Origin: Raillietiella orientalis
Taxonomy: Eukaryota
Assembly (NCBI GenBank): GCA_036172245.1
Contig: JAYWIR010000021.1
Location: forward strand, 1,674,001 to 1,738,000
Reading direction: 5' to 3'
Length of the DNA stretch: 64,000 nucleotides
Below the pieces are notes generated by a model. It saw only the letters and a program-made list of their open reading frames with translations. It made no database searches and was not told where the DNA came from. Below, piece after piece: positions 13,100-24,859 of the stretch. The first letter of the stretch is position 1; each line of letters starts with the position of its first letter. Position numbers and translations under genes: made by a program.

Positions 13100-13300
13100 T
13101 TTGCTCGGAAGAATGCGGGAACCGGCCAGAAACATCCGTTTAGTTTCAGTTCAATAAAACCAGGCCCAGTGATCCAAAAATAAAAGATTGATTCCAAACT
13201 CCGTAATAAAACCAGGAGGCTTCCAGGGTGAATGACAAACCTTTTGATGACAGGCAGTGGCGTCCATGGCACAGTTCAAACGAAAATTGTCTGCGCATCT
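13100..13300 (+). mobile_element. CR1/L2-like LINE ORF2 C-terminal remnant
   Basis: Ends in ASMAQFKRKLSAHL, preceded by a degenerate RV..W..LP-like stretch. This is the typical CR1/L2 C-terminus. Confidence 0.5.
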
Positions 13301-15299
13301 CAGTACTGCCGACCGCTCGCATCAGTCCAAGAGAGAGGAACGACCTGCCATCGTCGTAGGATCACTCTTTAACCGGTTTTTTTTCTGGAACTCGCATCTT
13401 TGCTCGCCTCAGGAGCCGTTCCGCTCGTCCGCTCACGTCTCCACGTTCTGCACGAAAAGGAACCGATGCGTCTCGGCGGAGGAGGACGGCTGTTGCTGCT
13501 CGCGGTGGACACGTTCTTCCGAAAGAGCGTCTTCGCCGAGTTGGACGGAACAGCGTCCAAATCGGCGAAGACGCATCGGTTCTGATATTCCTCACTTCGA
13601 AACCAATGATTCCGCACACCGCTGCGGCTTATATTTCGGATACGGAAGGAGTTTCCGAACATCAGTCGACTCTTCAGTTTGCTCCCCATTTGAGCCACTT
13701 GTGCCACTTGATCGTTTTGACGACTTGAAAGCGCGACTCGGAATCCAAGAGCTGCGTTTCCGAGTAGGGTATCCACTTCTCCGTCCCTGAGGTTTCCTGA
13801 CGATGGGAGGCTCTCTGGCCACTTATCGGAAAACACGGATGCCTTGCGGATGCTAACGAACGCCTGCATTCGGGCGCAGATATGTTGAGGAAGAACGCAG
13901 CCAGCTCAGCAGTTGCAAGCAGATGGAAAGTGCATTTGGATCCAGGACCGACTTTCACCAGCTTCAGTCGGTTGGGATGAGAGATAAACGATGATTCATG
14001 CATCGCTGTCGCTGCAAAGCCTGAAAAATCGGCATCGCTCAAGGGTTTCCCAACTGCTGACCATCAGCACACGTTGTTCACAACAAAATTTCAAGGTAAT
14101 GAGGGCTCGGAAGAATGTGAATACTCGGCTCCATACTGCGCCTCCACTATGGAGGATGAGGGAGACCCGGAGATGTCAGGCCTTAGTTTCGGTCTCACAG
14201 AAGATCTCCCTGAGTTGCGTCGCGCCATTCGGGGAAAACAGTAAGCACCGCACGCACATAGACTCTTTAATCGGTTCCCCAGGCAGCCCACAGTAGAGAT
14301 TCATCTTTCGTTTCCCTCTCGCAGTTCCCTTGGAGAAGAAATGTTTCAGCGGGTCAACAAATTTAGAAAGTTTTTTTTTTCTTCCCCCTTTAGAATATCT
14401 CCTTGTGAAATTGTCTTTCCGAGTCCATCGACAACACATATCTTCCATGCTTGTGTAAGGCACCCCAAGACATGCAGATCCCTAAGATATCTGCTGTCAT
14501 GAATCAGTGATGACTTAATTAATGACTCACACACAGTTCTATCAGTACCTTTGTCGCTAAGAAACCGAGAGGAAAACTAAAGGAAGAATTATGAGCATAC
14601 GGTGTGTTGCACGAGTTTCGGAAGTTATTTTACTGCAAGACAGCCACTCCTCTGTATAAAAGAAGCGTTGGCGTCCATTGTGCCCTTTTTTCCGCCCTCA
14701 TTCGTTCCTCGTCACAGCCGACATTCCTCACGACGAGGAGGACGGCGAGAAGTTGGAAAAAGTCATTCCAGATGTAGTGAGCACATTGCCCTATCCGTCA
14801 GGTGCCCATTTCATGTTCGCATACAGTCTTCCAGAGACCTAAAGACATGCGGATGTGGAGGGACAAATGCACGGATAGGGACAAAAACACGGAGAACAAT
14901 TTCTAGCATTCAGCAAAAAGAATCGGTATTTGTGACCAGGAATGAGGATCGAGATAAGAATCGGGCTTTGGCTTCGATTAGAGAAAAACTCCTGGACAGC
15001 CATGACCCCTTTCATAAGAGTACCTCGTCCCTCGAGTCCGACAGTGGCAGAGAGTGTGCTTGGGGTGTCATCAAGCACAGAGAAAGGAGAGAACGAAGGC
15101 AGTGAATCTGGAACTGCCACGCTGGCTGTATCGAATAAGGCTTGCGAACCTTTATCCTTTTGGCCAGGACCGGGCTAACCCGATGGCGTCATACCAACAG
15201 GGAATATCTGAGATGGGATCTGCTGCTCTTCGAGAGAATGACTTCCCCCGAGGAACCCTGCTGTGGAGCAATTGCTAGCAGTATATTTACCGATGTGCA

Positions 15300-16080
15300 G
15301 CTTCTGAACTTGTCCTTGACGAAATAGCTAGGGGAAAAGCAATAACACCAATCAATGTTGACCACATAGAGCTAGAGCATACGGCTGTTGAGGAAAAAAT
15401 TTCCAGTAAAAATAAATGCAAATGTACGTAACTCTGCATCACCATCTTCGGCTGCTGAAGAGGTGGGCAAGTTGATGTGAGCAGCTCTCTGGAGAGCTGA
15501 TGCTGCTCGTAGGAAAAGAGATCCATATAAGTAGGAAATACGTTGTTGGAAATTCGCCGGTTCCTACAGGTACGGTACCAATCTATCAGGCTTCAGAAAA
15601 AGATCCACTTTTCTGGCGCGGATATGAAAGCCGTGAGTTTGAGGAAGAGCTCCAATGCTTCAGGAGATAAGCCCTTATTAAGTGATGGTGCACTCCCACC
15701 ACCCATAACAAACATAGATTTAGCGGGTCCGAATAAATAACGTAAAAGTTAGGCAAAGTTCAAAGTTGGCAGTGGCTCCTTCTTTCATTAATTTCCAAAT
15801 AGAAGTACATTCACCTCCTTGTTGTTTTGTTTTGTTTTTTCTATAATTTTCTTTGCAATCCATTCTTTATGTATGCACTCGTTGATCCCGATAACAGCAA
15901 GGTGTTTGTAATGAAGAATCCAGCAACGAAAGGCGTTAGTTGTTTTGCTGAGAGAGTTTTCAGAAGATTTAACCGGAATAGGTCAATCGTCCACCCGTCG
16001 CGCATTTTGTTAACACGGAATGAGCCACTGCCGGGCAGCCGCAGAAGCACCAAAATTACCAACATCATTTCGAACATAAC
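15300..16080 (-). mobile_element. Degenerate non-LTR reverse transcriptase remnant
   Basis: DGWTIDLF...LSAKQLTPFVAGFF...LLSG resembles the PGPDG..EF...L.P.L...F block. Downstream blocks are degraded. Confidence 0.4.
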
Positions 16081-16093
16081 GTAATCAAGGTGT

Positions 16094-16165
16094 GTACCTC
16101 GGTACTCGTCGGTTTCGGCACTCTTCGCGAGTTCCGGAACGACTTACCGACGAGTACCGAGGTAC
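16094..16165. repeat. 72-nt hairpin with perfect 20-bp outer arms
   Basis: gtacctcggtactcgtcggt / accgacgagtaccgaggtac. The spacer pairs further (ttcggcactc/gagttccggaa). Confidence 0.9.
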
Positions 16166-16934
16166 CAGTGTGCTTCATGACGCTACCGACCTTATGGATG
16201 AAGCTGGAAATGAAAATTTCAGAAGCACAAAGTACACGAGTCCAGAATTGCTTTTTCTCTAAGCAACTCGACGACTGGACTCCAACTGTTCATTTACTGC
16301 CACATGTGGGCTGGAAGACTGTAGGCTACCACGTTTGAAAGGACACAAAAACCATAAAGCGAAAAGGGACGGAGTGCTCTCTGACCGCAGGCGGCTGGGG
16401 TGTTGTAGGCAAGGTCGAAACAGGAAGAGACGCGAGCATCGGGTTTCATTGCGTGGCCAGGGAGGCCGTTGGGTCGATGCAACAGGTGACGCTTCATGTG
16501 GGGCGGTAATGCAGTTACTCGCAGTGTGGCAAAAAGTGGGCCGATGCGTGCAGGTTGGCGCGTGCAGGGAGCACGACGAGGCGTTTACTGGCGCGGGCCC
16601 CGTCACGACGGGCCACGCAGTTGCAGAGTCCCAAGCTGCGCTGCTGGCTCTGGCTGGGCTCACGACGTTGAAAAGCGGCATCGGAAGTCGGGGCATCCTG
16701 GTCCCTCAGGAGGACGGACGTCGAGAGAAGGAGTGAAGTACGCCACGCAACCGGGACGGAATTGCGCCACGGTAACGAAGGAATGCAAAAATGCAAGTCT
16801 TCGTCATTCCATCTCGGCAAACTGAGAGGAGCCACCACCTTGCGGCTTCTCCTTCCCGCATGTTTCGTTTGCGCGGGCGTTATCGCTCCACCCACTCGAG
16901 TGAGAGCACATGCGACACCATCGGCGGACACGCG

Positions 16935-17440
16935 CTGGCGGCCGCGTGGCTGCAGTCTCCGCGCTTGGCAGCAAGCGTTGCGGGTTCGAATCCCGCCCGG
17001 GGAAGCATCGACCCCCGAGAAATCGGTGCGAGAAATGGATTTTGAGTTTTCCCTTAGCGAGATGATGCTGGTTGTTCGATAGACTTCGGGTGCGGCATTA
17101 TCGGAAGGGGAAAAACCGATGAATGGCCGGGACTGGAAGCCTACCCTCCGGGGTCCTTTCAGGAATCAGAGAGTCGGTTTCCGTTTGGGCCTCTCCCCCC
17201 CCCCCCCACAGTTGTGGAAATGGAGCCTTCCCTTCCCTGAGGAGAGGAACCCACCGTCGCGCATCATGGGGCCGGTTGATACTCCCTCTCGGGGAGTCGC
17301 CACTCCGGAGTGTAGGAAGCGCACTGCACTCATCGAGGAGCTCCCTCCAGAAAAATTAAGAAGCGTCCCTTCGGGGTTCTCTTCAGAGGAGGAAACAAGG
17401 AGCTTTTCGGGTTCCCTTCGAAGAAGGCACCGAGGCACCG
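16935..17440 (+). mobile_element. tRNA-derived SINE copy
   Basis: A-box-like tggcggccgcgtgg (~16936) and B-box GGTTCGAATCC (16983-16993), followed by the shared body (atcgacccccgagaaat, gatgatgctggttg, accctccggggtcctt). Confidence 0.75.
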
Positions 17441-17499
17441 GGACGGCGATCTCGGCGTCCTGACTTTGGAGGTGATGAAGATTCAGCTGCGATGGCGGA

Positions 17500-19035
17500 C
17501 GATGGCCATCGCAGAGAAGTATTGGAGCGCTCCCTGGTGCATTTTTGCACGCCTCCTCGTCAGCCACGTGTCCCGTACGGAAGGGCTTGCCTCCTACCTT
17601 TTGTGCTCCCGCCCCAAAATAAGAAGATGCGGTCTTCCCTTAGGACTCTTGGCCACCTTGGCGAAGAATGGCGCCAGAGTTGGCGGCTGGATGGCCTGCT
17701 GCCCCGCCAACTCTGGCGCCTGGAAGGAACAGTTGGCACATAGGCGAAGATGAACGAGCCGAGCTCCGAAGAATAGAAGTCCCTGCGACTCGGCATCTAC
17801 GCCTGCTGCTCATTGAGGAAGATCCTCGAGAATCCTAGCACGTGGGCGGGGAGGACTTTCCTCATGGCAACGATGCCTTCCTAAGGAGGACACCTGGCAG
17901 CTTCCGAACACCGAAGTGGCAAGAGACTACAGGCAGGCGGAAGCTGATGAATGGATGGACCACGAAGCAGCTGGTGGATGCTGCGTCCCCGAGTGTCCTA
18001 CCATGAGGACTACAGAGCTGGAGCGAGCTGCTCGGCATTCTTAGCGAAGACCTGAAGTGGCTCCCGACGCTCAAGAACAACAGTGCCCACCATCTGAAGT
18101 GTCGGGAGTCCGCGCTTCTTCTGTTGCGCTGGGGTCTTCCCTGCAACGGACACGCTGACACCACCGGACGCTGGGGAAGGCGGGCCCGGACTGTCGCCGG
18201 TGCGGGGAACGGGAATCCCTCCCACAGCTGCTAGTGGACTGCTTTGCCCTCCGGTCCTCGTAGCAGCGATTCTCAACTACATTCCGCCAAACACTGGTGT
18301 TCCGCGGAAAGTCAACAAGTGTTCTGTGAAAAAATTATAAAAATTTTGCATAATTGAAATTTGAGAATAAACGTTTGTTTTGTTCTCTTAGCTCTTATAA
18401 TATTTACTGGCTCAATTTACTTATCATTAATATCTACCTACCCTATGAAATAACCAAGGCATTCTGTTAGAATTCCGGGATTTGTGAAGTGTTTCGTCAG
18501 AGGAAAAGTTTGGGAAACGCTGCCCTACGGTAACGTTTCTGAAGGACCCTCCGGATTCCGGTTGACACCCCAGGGACGCTTTACGGCTCCTCTTTGTGAG
18601 GATGCTCTGCAGCCCCGGCAGCTCCTTGCCACATCTGCGGGATTGCGGCGGCCTGGAGCGAAGCCGACAGAGAAAGAAGCGAGAGGGATGCCATCAGGTT
18701 CGCAGTTCGCTTTCTGCGGGTCGTGGCCAGATGACCCCACCTGGGACCCATTCGGACGAACCTAGCTGGCATCCTGGAAAGGATGCAGAGGACTCCCTCC
18801 AGCGGACAATGATCCCCTCCTCACCCTCTTCAAGATTTCTATTTATTTTTTTATTTTATTCTTTTTGTTTTTTCTTTCCTGCCCCTCCGCTGCCGAGGTG
18901 ACCTCCGCCGGTCTGCGTACCGGCGACCTAGCAGACCCATGAACGAACTAAGTGTGGTAGGACTATCACGTGTCCTACCACAAATTATGAGTTTGTTTTA
19001 AATTTTAATAAACGCCCCGATGTGTGCAGGTGGAA
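17500..19035 (+). mobile_element. L1/Tx1-like 3' fragments (17.5-18.26 kb and 18.56-19.03 kb)
   Basis: Homologous to 22399-23324 (ctggggtcttccctgcaac, gtgcggggaacgggaatccctccc, gctggcatcctggaaaggatg, T-rich 3'UTR, hairpin, aataaac). Confidence 0.7.
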
Positions 19036-20389
19036 ATCGAAAAAGAAATGAGGAGCAGCTCCCTTCAAAGGATCCTTTGGAGAGAATGAGGAAGAGGTTC
19101 CCTTCAGGATTCCCTGCGAAGAGTAAGAGGAAAGGACCCCTTTCACTGGAACCTTCCTGGATTCTTAGGATGGTCCCTTCCCTAGAGTGTTCCCTAACTT
19201 GAAGAGTCATGCCGACGCAGATACTGCGTCTGCAGCAACCATTACTATCGACTGGTAACTTGTGCCGATTCCCACTGCGCAAGAAGCCGATAGACCGTGG
19301 CAGCAGCGAACAGCCATACCGAGGTGTAAATGGCATTGTAATAGAAACTCTTAGATGGAAAAATCGCAGAATCGGCGAAAGAGAAATGTTGGAGGAAGTA
19401 AGACACAAAGCGCATGTTGCAAAAATGCTGTGATGGCTGTAAAAGAAGCTTAGCGTAACAGCTGTGGAAAAAATGTCACCTTCCAACAACTGCACTGCCT
19501 ACATGAAATGAAGCATCTAAAATTTAAAGGAAGGGGGGAGGTTCTCCCCTCCCCCCACACACTCTCGATGCCATAGGAAAACTACATCGAATCAAAATCA
19601 TCAATACAAGAAGCTGAGGTGTGGATACAAGAAAATCCCAGCACTGCTGTTAAAGAAGACTTCACCCTCAACATTACTGTTGAAGAAATAGAAAAAGAGA
19701 TGACGTTGCCGTCTATCTATTCCTCCTTTCCGACAAATAAGAAAGAGTTCAGCTGTCACTGAGTTCAGTAAAGAGCGTTTTCGAGAATGCCTTAGGGAAG
19801 TCCGGAGAGGCAGGAAGAGGACAGCAAATAAGTAACAAAAGACACAGGGGTCTTTGGTGTGGAACGTTCCTTCGTTCCTGGAACCAATGCCGTATGGTAG
19901 CGATCTCCCTGGAGACTTTTTGTCCCGACTGGGGTCTCCTGGCAGCCGTCTTCATCGAGCCGGCTGCCATGAGAACGGTCTCTCTTCGCTGCTTCCGAGA
20001 CTCCAGCGCGTAGCGGTCGGTGAGGATGGCGCGGATACTACACGTCGTTGCGATCACGACGCCTACACTTTGATCTTAGCCAAAAGTCCGAAAAGCGATG
20101 TCGCCGCAGCGATGTCCTCCGCTATCGAGGTACATGGCACCTGCCTACCGGCGAAGTGAGGGGTTTCCTACGAGATATCGGTCCGCAGAAAGCCTGTTGG
20201 TAACTGGACTACGCGTCAGCCAGCTGACGCGGCAACAGCAAGAACCTCTCCAAAGGACTGGAACGTTGGGGAGAACTCTTCTCCATTAAGCCCGAACAGT
20301 TGGAAGTGCTCCCTGTGTTCCTAGACAGGAAGCTGCTTCCCCTCAAGTGGCAGCAATCCACACTTTCAAAAAAGCCATAGACGCTGCAG

Positions 20390-23300
20390 CTTCCGAAAGT
20401 GTTTGGAGCCGAGTCACCGGCGCGCAGGCCGGCGAGGTTCGACTCGGCAGTGAAGGGGGAGGGGGCAAACAAAAAGAAAAATAAAGACGCTGTTTACAAA
20501 AGCAGGGTTGGGGTGGGGAAGGGACCACGTTCCACTGCAAGCAGTCCTCTACATCCTTTCCAGGATGCTGGCAAGCTCCATGCGTATGCGTCCCAGATGG
20601 GACCATCCGGCTGCCGTCCTCAAGAATTCCAGGGCGGAGCAGATGGCGCCCCTATGGTGCGGTCCACCAGTGGCGTTGCTCCAGACCGCTACAGTCCCAC
20701 GTAGGCAGCAAAGGGCTGCTAGGGCTGCGGCAGGCGAAAGGGCGTCGCGCACAAAGAGGCGCTTGATCACGTCTCTGGGAGCGTTCAAGGGTGCACCTAG
20801 GGCCGTTGCAAAGCGCAAGCACAGGGACCGGAGGGCAACACAGTTAACAAGCAGGTGCGGGAGGGACTCCCGTACCCCGCACCTGACACAATTCGGGTTC
20901 ACTGCCCCCCTCGTCCAGTGAGATCGGCGGGCATTGCTGGGGAGTCCCCAATAAAACACCAGAAACGCCGACTCCTGCCATTTCAGGGGTAGGGTCCGGG
21001 TACTCCTCAGCACTGGGGGCCACTCTAGTGGATCCAGCGGGATGCTCAGCAGCTCGCCCCAGCGCAATAGTCCTTTCGGTGGGGCAATTGGGGTCGCAGC
21101 GTCAGTTAGCTGGCCCGTGGTCCAACCAACTTGTTCTCTCTCTCTTGACGAGATTCTGCATCGGACCTCCCACTTGGCCGGCTGATCACTGCCCAGGTGC
21201 TCCCTGAGGTAGGGCAGAGCCGCGGCTGGGGAGGTCCTCTCATCCCACGCACTCGATGCGTGATTCACGATGATGTCCTGCAGCGAGCGGCTGTTGTAAA
21301 AGGAGTGCAGCAGTCGCTGCCTCAACTCCGGGCTCGCTTCCTCAATCTGGCCTTATGTGCGAAGGCAACCAGGCAGTGCCGTTCGCAGGCCGGCAGGAGA
21401 TCCAGATGTTCATCCTGGTCAGCTTGACCACTCGCCGGAGCTCCAGTCCGCAGTGGAACAGGTACCGACGTTTGCGGCGCTCTAGGAAGGTAGACAATCC
21501 CGCGCAGGCGCTGGCTCGCTGAACTCGGTATCGTGCAGGTTGGCACCAGCTGGTGCTCGTGCTTCGCCACTAGAGCTATTGTCCTGAACTGCAGTTGCAG
21601 TTCCAGCCGCTCCAGCGTCAGGTGGCCAAGGCCTCCGTCGCGACGCGGAGCGCACAAGTCCTTCAGGCGGACTCGGGGCCTCCCTCTGCCCCAAAGGGCG
21701 ATCCTCAGGAGGTCCTTCGTCCGCCTCTTCACACCGCAGGTCGAGGGGCAAACAAAAAGGAAGTGGCGAAAAACGGGAGCCACGAACGTGTTCCACACCA
21801 CGGCTTGTTCCGGCAAGAAAAACTCGCCATCCAGGAACGGGCCGATCGCCTTCTCGGCCTTTGGCAGGCAGCCAGACCGGAGAGTATTCCCCCGACGGCA
21901 CACCGAGGTACTTGAAGTACCGCATTGTGGGGATCCCCAAGCGGAACCAGTCCTGCTGCCCTGCCCACGACGGACCGACTGCAACCACGGACGACTTCGC
22001 TCTGTTCATCTCCAGTCCTGTCCCGCGGAGCAGCAGCTCGAAAAAATTCTCGACCGCCGATGCCGGGGTGGGTATGGGAAGCAGCAGCAGGAGATCGTGC
22101 GCATACGACGCCACGGCCGGTGTACCTGGGCACACGCGCAGCAGGCGAGCTAGAGTCTCCCTGTACGCCCTCAGCACCAGCTCGAAAAAGGTGCTGAAGA
22201 GCAAGGAGCTCAAGCTGTCGCCCTGCCGTATCCCGCGGTGCACCGGCACACCGAACACATTTCTTCCCCTGAAAGAGATATTGGTAAGCGCGTCGCGCCA
22301 GCAAGAGCGCAGAAAGGCCAATAAAGAGGCCGGGAAGCCCAAGCGCTCCAGAAGCTCCAGCAGGAGCTCCTGGTCGACACAGTCGAATGCTTTTCGCACC
22401 CCCTCGCTGCTGCGCTGGCCTCCCTAATGGAAGATGTGGACAGCGATGTTGCGGCGAAGTGGGAGGTAACAGTTACCATTTCCGGGAAGGAGAAGAAGCA
22501 GGGAGAGTGGAAGACGGGCCAGCTAACAGACGCGGCGGCCCCGAGTACGCCTCCCCATGGACTTTTGCGCTGGGGCGCGCTGCTCGATGTTCCCATTAAA
22601 CATCTGAAGTGGCTCCCAGTGCTTATGAACACCTTCACCCTCCCCTTAAAATGGCAGGAGTCGGCTCTACTGCTGCAGCACTGGGGACTCCCCTGCAACT
22701 CCCGCCGACACCATTGGACCTGGGGAGCGGTGAACCCAAATTGTGTTAGGTGTGGGGAACGGGAGTCCCTCCCCCACCTCCTTGTGGATTGTGTTGCCCT
22801 TCGGCTCCTTTGGTTACGCTTTGCCGCGGCCATCGGAATCCCCTGCGGCAACCCCAGGGACGCATTGAAAGCCCTCTTCGTTGCCGAAACCCTTCGGCCT
22901 GCAACCTCGTTAGCAGCCCTGTGCTGCCTTCGCGGGATCGTTGCCGCTTGAAGCAAGGCTGCGGGAGGACCACGCGATAAGGGTGCCATCCAATACGCCG
23001 CCGAATTTTTGAGGAGGGCGTCGCGATGGTCCCACTTGGATCCAGGAATGCAGAAAGAGCTTGCCGGCATCCTGGGAAGGATGAAACGGCCCCAGCAGCA
23101 ACAGTGATCCCTTCCCGTACCCTCCAACCTTTTTTTTTCTTTTTGTTTAGTTTTTTGTATTTCCCCCTTCACCCTGCTGCCGTGGTGGACCCTACCGGTC
23201 TGCGAACCGGTGACCCGGCAGGCTCTGTGTTTCTTTGTGCGTGGCTGGAGCACTGGTCCAGCCACAGCACGTCTTTGTAAAAGTTTATTTTTTAATAAAC

Positions 23301-24010
23301 GACCCGGCGAAACCCGGGTGAAAATCGAATGCTTTTCGCAAGTCGACGGCTACCACGAGGGCTCCCTCGCGCTCCCGACCATTCCGCGAACCACCAGCGG
23401 ACGTCCCGCAAATCGGGATGCCGAGCGTGTTCCCTTCATCAGTCCTATACCGCTGGAACTTGAACCAGGCGTCTACGAAGAGCAGGCTGGCCTGCATGCT
23501 CCCCCTGGGAACAGCGTATGTCAGCTCCGGGCTGATGAAGCTTTCCGCCACCCGCCCCATTCGCTCCGACCACAATTTCGCCAGCAACTTGGCGTCAGTT
23601 GTTTAATTTCCTGAGGTCTTCTCCCTTAGGAAGGAGTCTTACCCTGGCTGACCAAAACGAGGGGGGAACATGCCTTCGTGTCGGATCAACCTTGTCAACT
23701 CGAGCACCAGGAGGGTCAGCTCCGCCGCGAAGCATTGAAAGAACTCCACGGGCAGGCCGTCCTCCCCCGGCGTCTTACGCCTTTGGAGCTTCACGATTGC
23801 GGTGATGATTTCACCCATCGTGAAAGAGTCATCCAGGCGTGCTCTCTCCTCCTCTCCGATCGCCGGGGCGCCATCTGGAAGCAAAAGCCGGGAGAATTCC
23901 CGGTCCGGAGGCACCCTGGTGTACAGGGAGGAATAATATCCTCGCACAAGGCAACTTACCTCTGCCGAGGTCGAGTGCTCCTGGCCCTCGTCGTCCAGCA
24001 AGCTGGGCGA
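20390..24010 (-). mobile_element. 5'-truncated L1/Tx1-like non-LTR retrotransposon ORF2 (RT + C-terminal Cys/His knuckle), frameshifted and split by a nested insertion
   Basis: KTPGEDGLPVEFF; VAVDLRKAFD|CVD; GIRQGDSLSSLLF; YAHD (decayed YADD); GLEMNRAKS; FKYLGV; RRDGGLG; CVRCGVRESLPHLLVNC; then the family 3'UTR near 20400-20550. Confidence 0.92.
22399..23324 (+). mobile_element. Nested 5'-truncated copy of the same L1/Tx1-like family, with 16-bp TSD
   Basis: TCGAATGCTTTTCGCA occurs at 22383-22398 and 23325-23340. Encodes ...LPLKWQESALLLQHWGLPCN...CVRCGERESLPHLLVDC and ends aataaac-hairpin-aaaa. Confidence 0.92.
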
Positions 24011-24725
24011 CCCGGATTGCCAGGCTTGCCGCTCGGCCCCAATCGGCGCTGCTGGTACTGCACTGGGGTCTTCCGTGCAATGAGCGCCAGCACCACTGGA
24101 CGAGGGGAAGCGCATCGCCGAATTGTGCCAGGTCTGGAGAGAAGGAGACCTTCCCTCACCTCATAGTGCAGCCTGTCGTCCTCCGGGAACGTTTTTCTGC
24201 ATCCCTTCCACACCCCGTGGACGATCCCAGAGACTCTTCAAGGCCCCTCTTCGTGCGGGTCACCGTGACGCCCGCAGCCGCAATCTCAGCGCTGTGCTGC
24301 GTGCGCGGTGTCGTCGCGGCGAAGTGCGACGCCGAGGGGAAAGACCAGAGGGACGGGGGGGCTGTCCTGCATGCCATCTGCTTCCTGCGAATAGCTTTGA
24401 GGTGGCCCCACCCGGAAAGGGAGAAGGAGGAGCTCGCCGGCATCCTTCAACGGATGCAGAGGCCTCACCCACCACGAAATGTGATCCCTCCCCTTTCCCC
24501 CAACAAATTTTTTTTGTTAGTTTCTCATTATTTGTTATAGTTTGTTTCCTCTTTTTTCAATTTTTGTTCCATCCCCTTTCCCCTTCGTAGACGTGATGGA
24601 CCTCGCCGACCTCCTCTCCCTCTTTTAGTGTAATAATCGGGATCTGTGGGCTTTGGGGATCCATCTATTCACGTAAATGTTATTTTTATGAGGAAAATAA
24701 ACACCCCGGCGCATCCGGGTGTGAA
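24010..24725 (+). mobile_element. L1/Tx1-like 3' fragment, head-to-head with the 20390-24010 element
   Basis: QSALLVLHWGLPCNERQHHWTRG...ELAGILQRMQR, T-rich UTR, aataaacaccccggcgcatccgggtg terminus. Confidence 0.85.
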
Positions 24726-24859
24726 ATCACGGGGCCTACCGTGAGTTTCCTTTGCACGAAGAAACCCCGCGGCAGTCCGAAGCGGTGGGGGGATCCTCCG
24801 GATAGCGGAGGGCCGAAGAGAGTCTCTGCTGGATGTTCTCGAGGGCACACCGCAGTCCA

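Noticed and set aside
16935..17000. Functional tRNA gene
   Set aside because: No complete cloverleaf is evident, and it is fused to a repeated body in several diverged copies, so it is a SINE head.
20390..24725. Twin-priming 5' inversion of a single LINE
   Set aside because: Both opposed pieces carry their own 3' ends, so they are independent insertions.
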